This document shows, one piece after another, positions 63,426-64,000 of a stretch of 64,000 bases of DNA. This stretch comes from Podarcis tiliguerta (lineage: Eukaryota). Every line of letters begins with the position of its first letter. The stretch's first letter is position 1. Under the pieces are notes generated by a model. It ran no database searches. It was given only the letters and a program-made list of their open reading frames with translations, and was not told the origin of the DNA. The position numbers were made by a program, and so were the translations under genes. Location of the stretch: assembly GCA_965153285.1 (NCBI GenBank), contig OZ229111.1; one strand, 5' to 3'.

Positions 63426-64000
63426 GAATATAACATTCATGCACATTCTTTACACATACAACCTAGTCGTCTGAAAAAGGTTTTCCCCACCCTCTCATTT
63501 TAAAAGCAGTTTCTTACATTTAAAATGGTAAGGTCAATGTTGTAACCAGCAGGTGCTGCTGGACTACAACTCCCATCATCCATGATCACTGACTTCACTG
63601 ACTGGGGCTGATGGGAGCTGGCATCCAAAACATCCCCCCCCCAAAAGGGTTAGCCACCTCTGTTCCTATTAGCATATCTATAGAAGAAGTAAAATAATTA
63701 TCTCCAAAATGGTTCCATTCACAACTAAATAGCACAGCTGTCGTTTCATTTTCTCTGTCATCTCATGCGTGCGATGCTGACACATCAGGTCAGAGGGAGG
63801 GAGACTAGTGTGACTTGAGTTGATATTTACACAACCAACAGATGGTGAAGTGACCCCTCTTCAACAGTATTAGAGAGCCTCAACAGAAAGCCTGAACATC
63901 TTGGATGGAAGAGTCCAACTAGGAAGAGAGGTTACAATTCTAATTATCTCCCATGATTAGGCTATTCCTACCCCCACATTTACACCTGTGTTTGCTCATA

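Overview
Vertebrate, repeat-rich, apparently non-coding DNA (large intron or gene desert) from a squamate, most likely a lacertid lizard. This is inferred from its repeats: Sauria SINEs, Bov-B/RTE, CR1, L2 and L1 3' fragments, Tc1/mariner and hAT MITEs, and solo LTRs. No host protein-coding gene was recognised; the ORFs that could be interpreted derive from repeats. The standout is a ~1 kb Penelope-like retroelement (PLE) insertion in a (TA)n tract at 4237-5233. It is a palindrome with two 473-bp arms that appear identical by eye, and each arm carries a minimal hammerhead-ribozyme motif overlapping the stop codon of an S/T/Q-rich open frame. Other notable items: a 78-bp spacerless palindrome (25380-25457), a TSD-bounded rearranged Bov-B (30660-31529), a CCAGCT-rich strand-asymmetric tract (~20950-21440), a strong CTCF-like motif (48682), several repeat-free enhancer-like blocks, and two weak candidate exons. 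Family names come from recognition of sequence hallmarks, not database searches.
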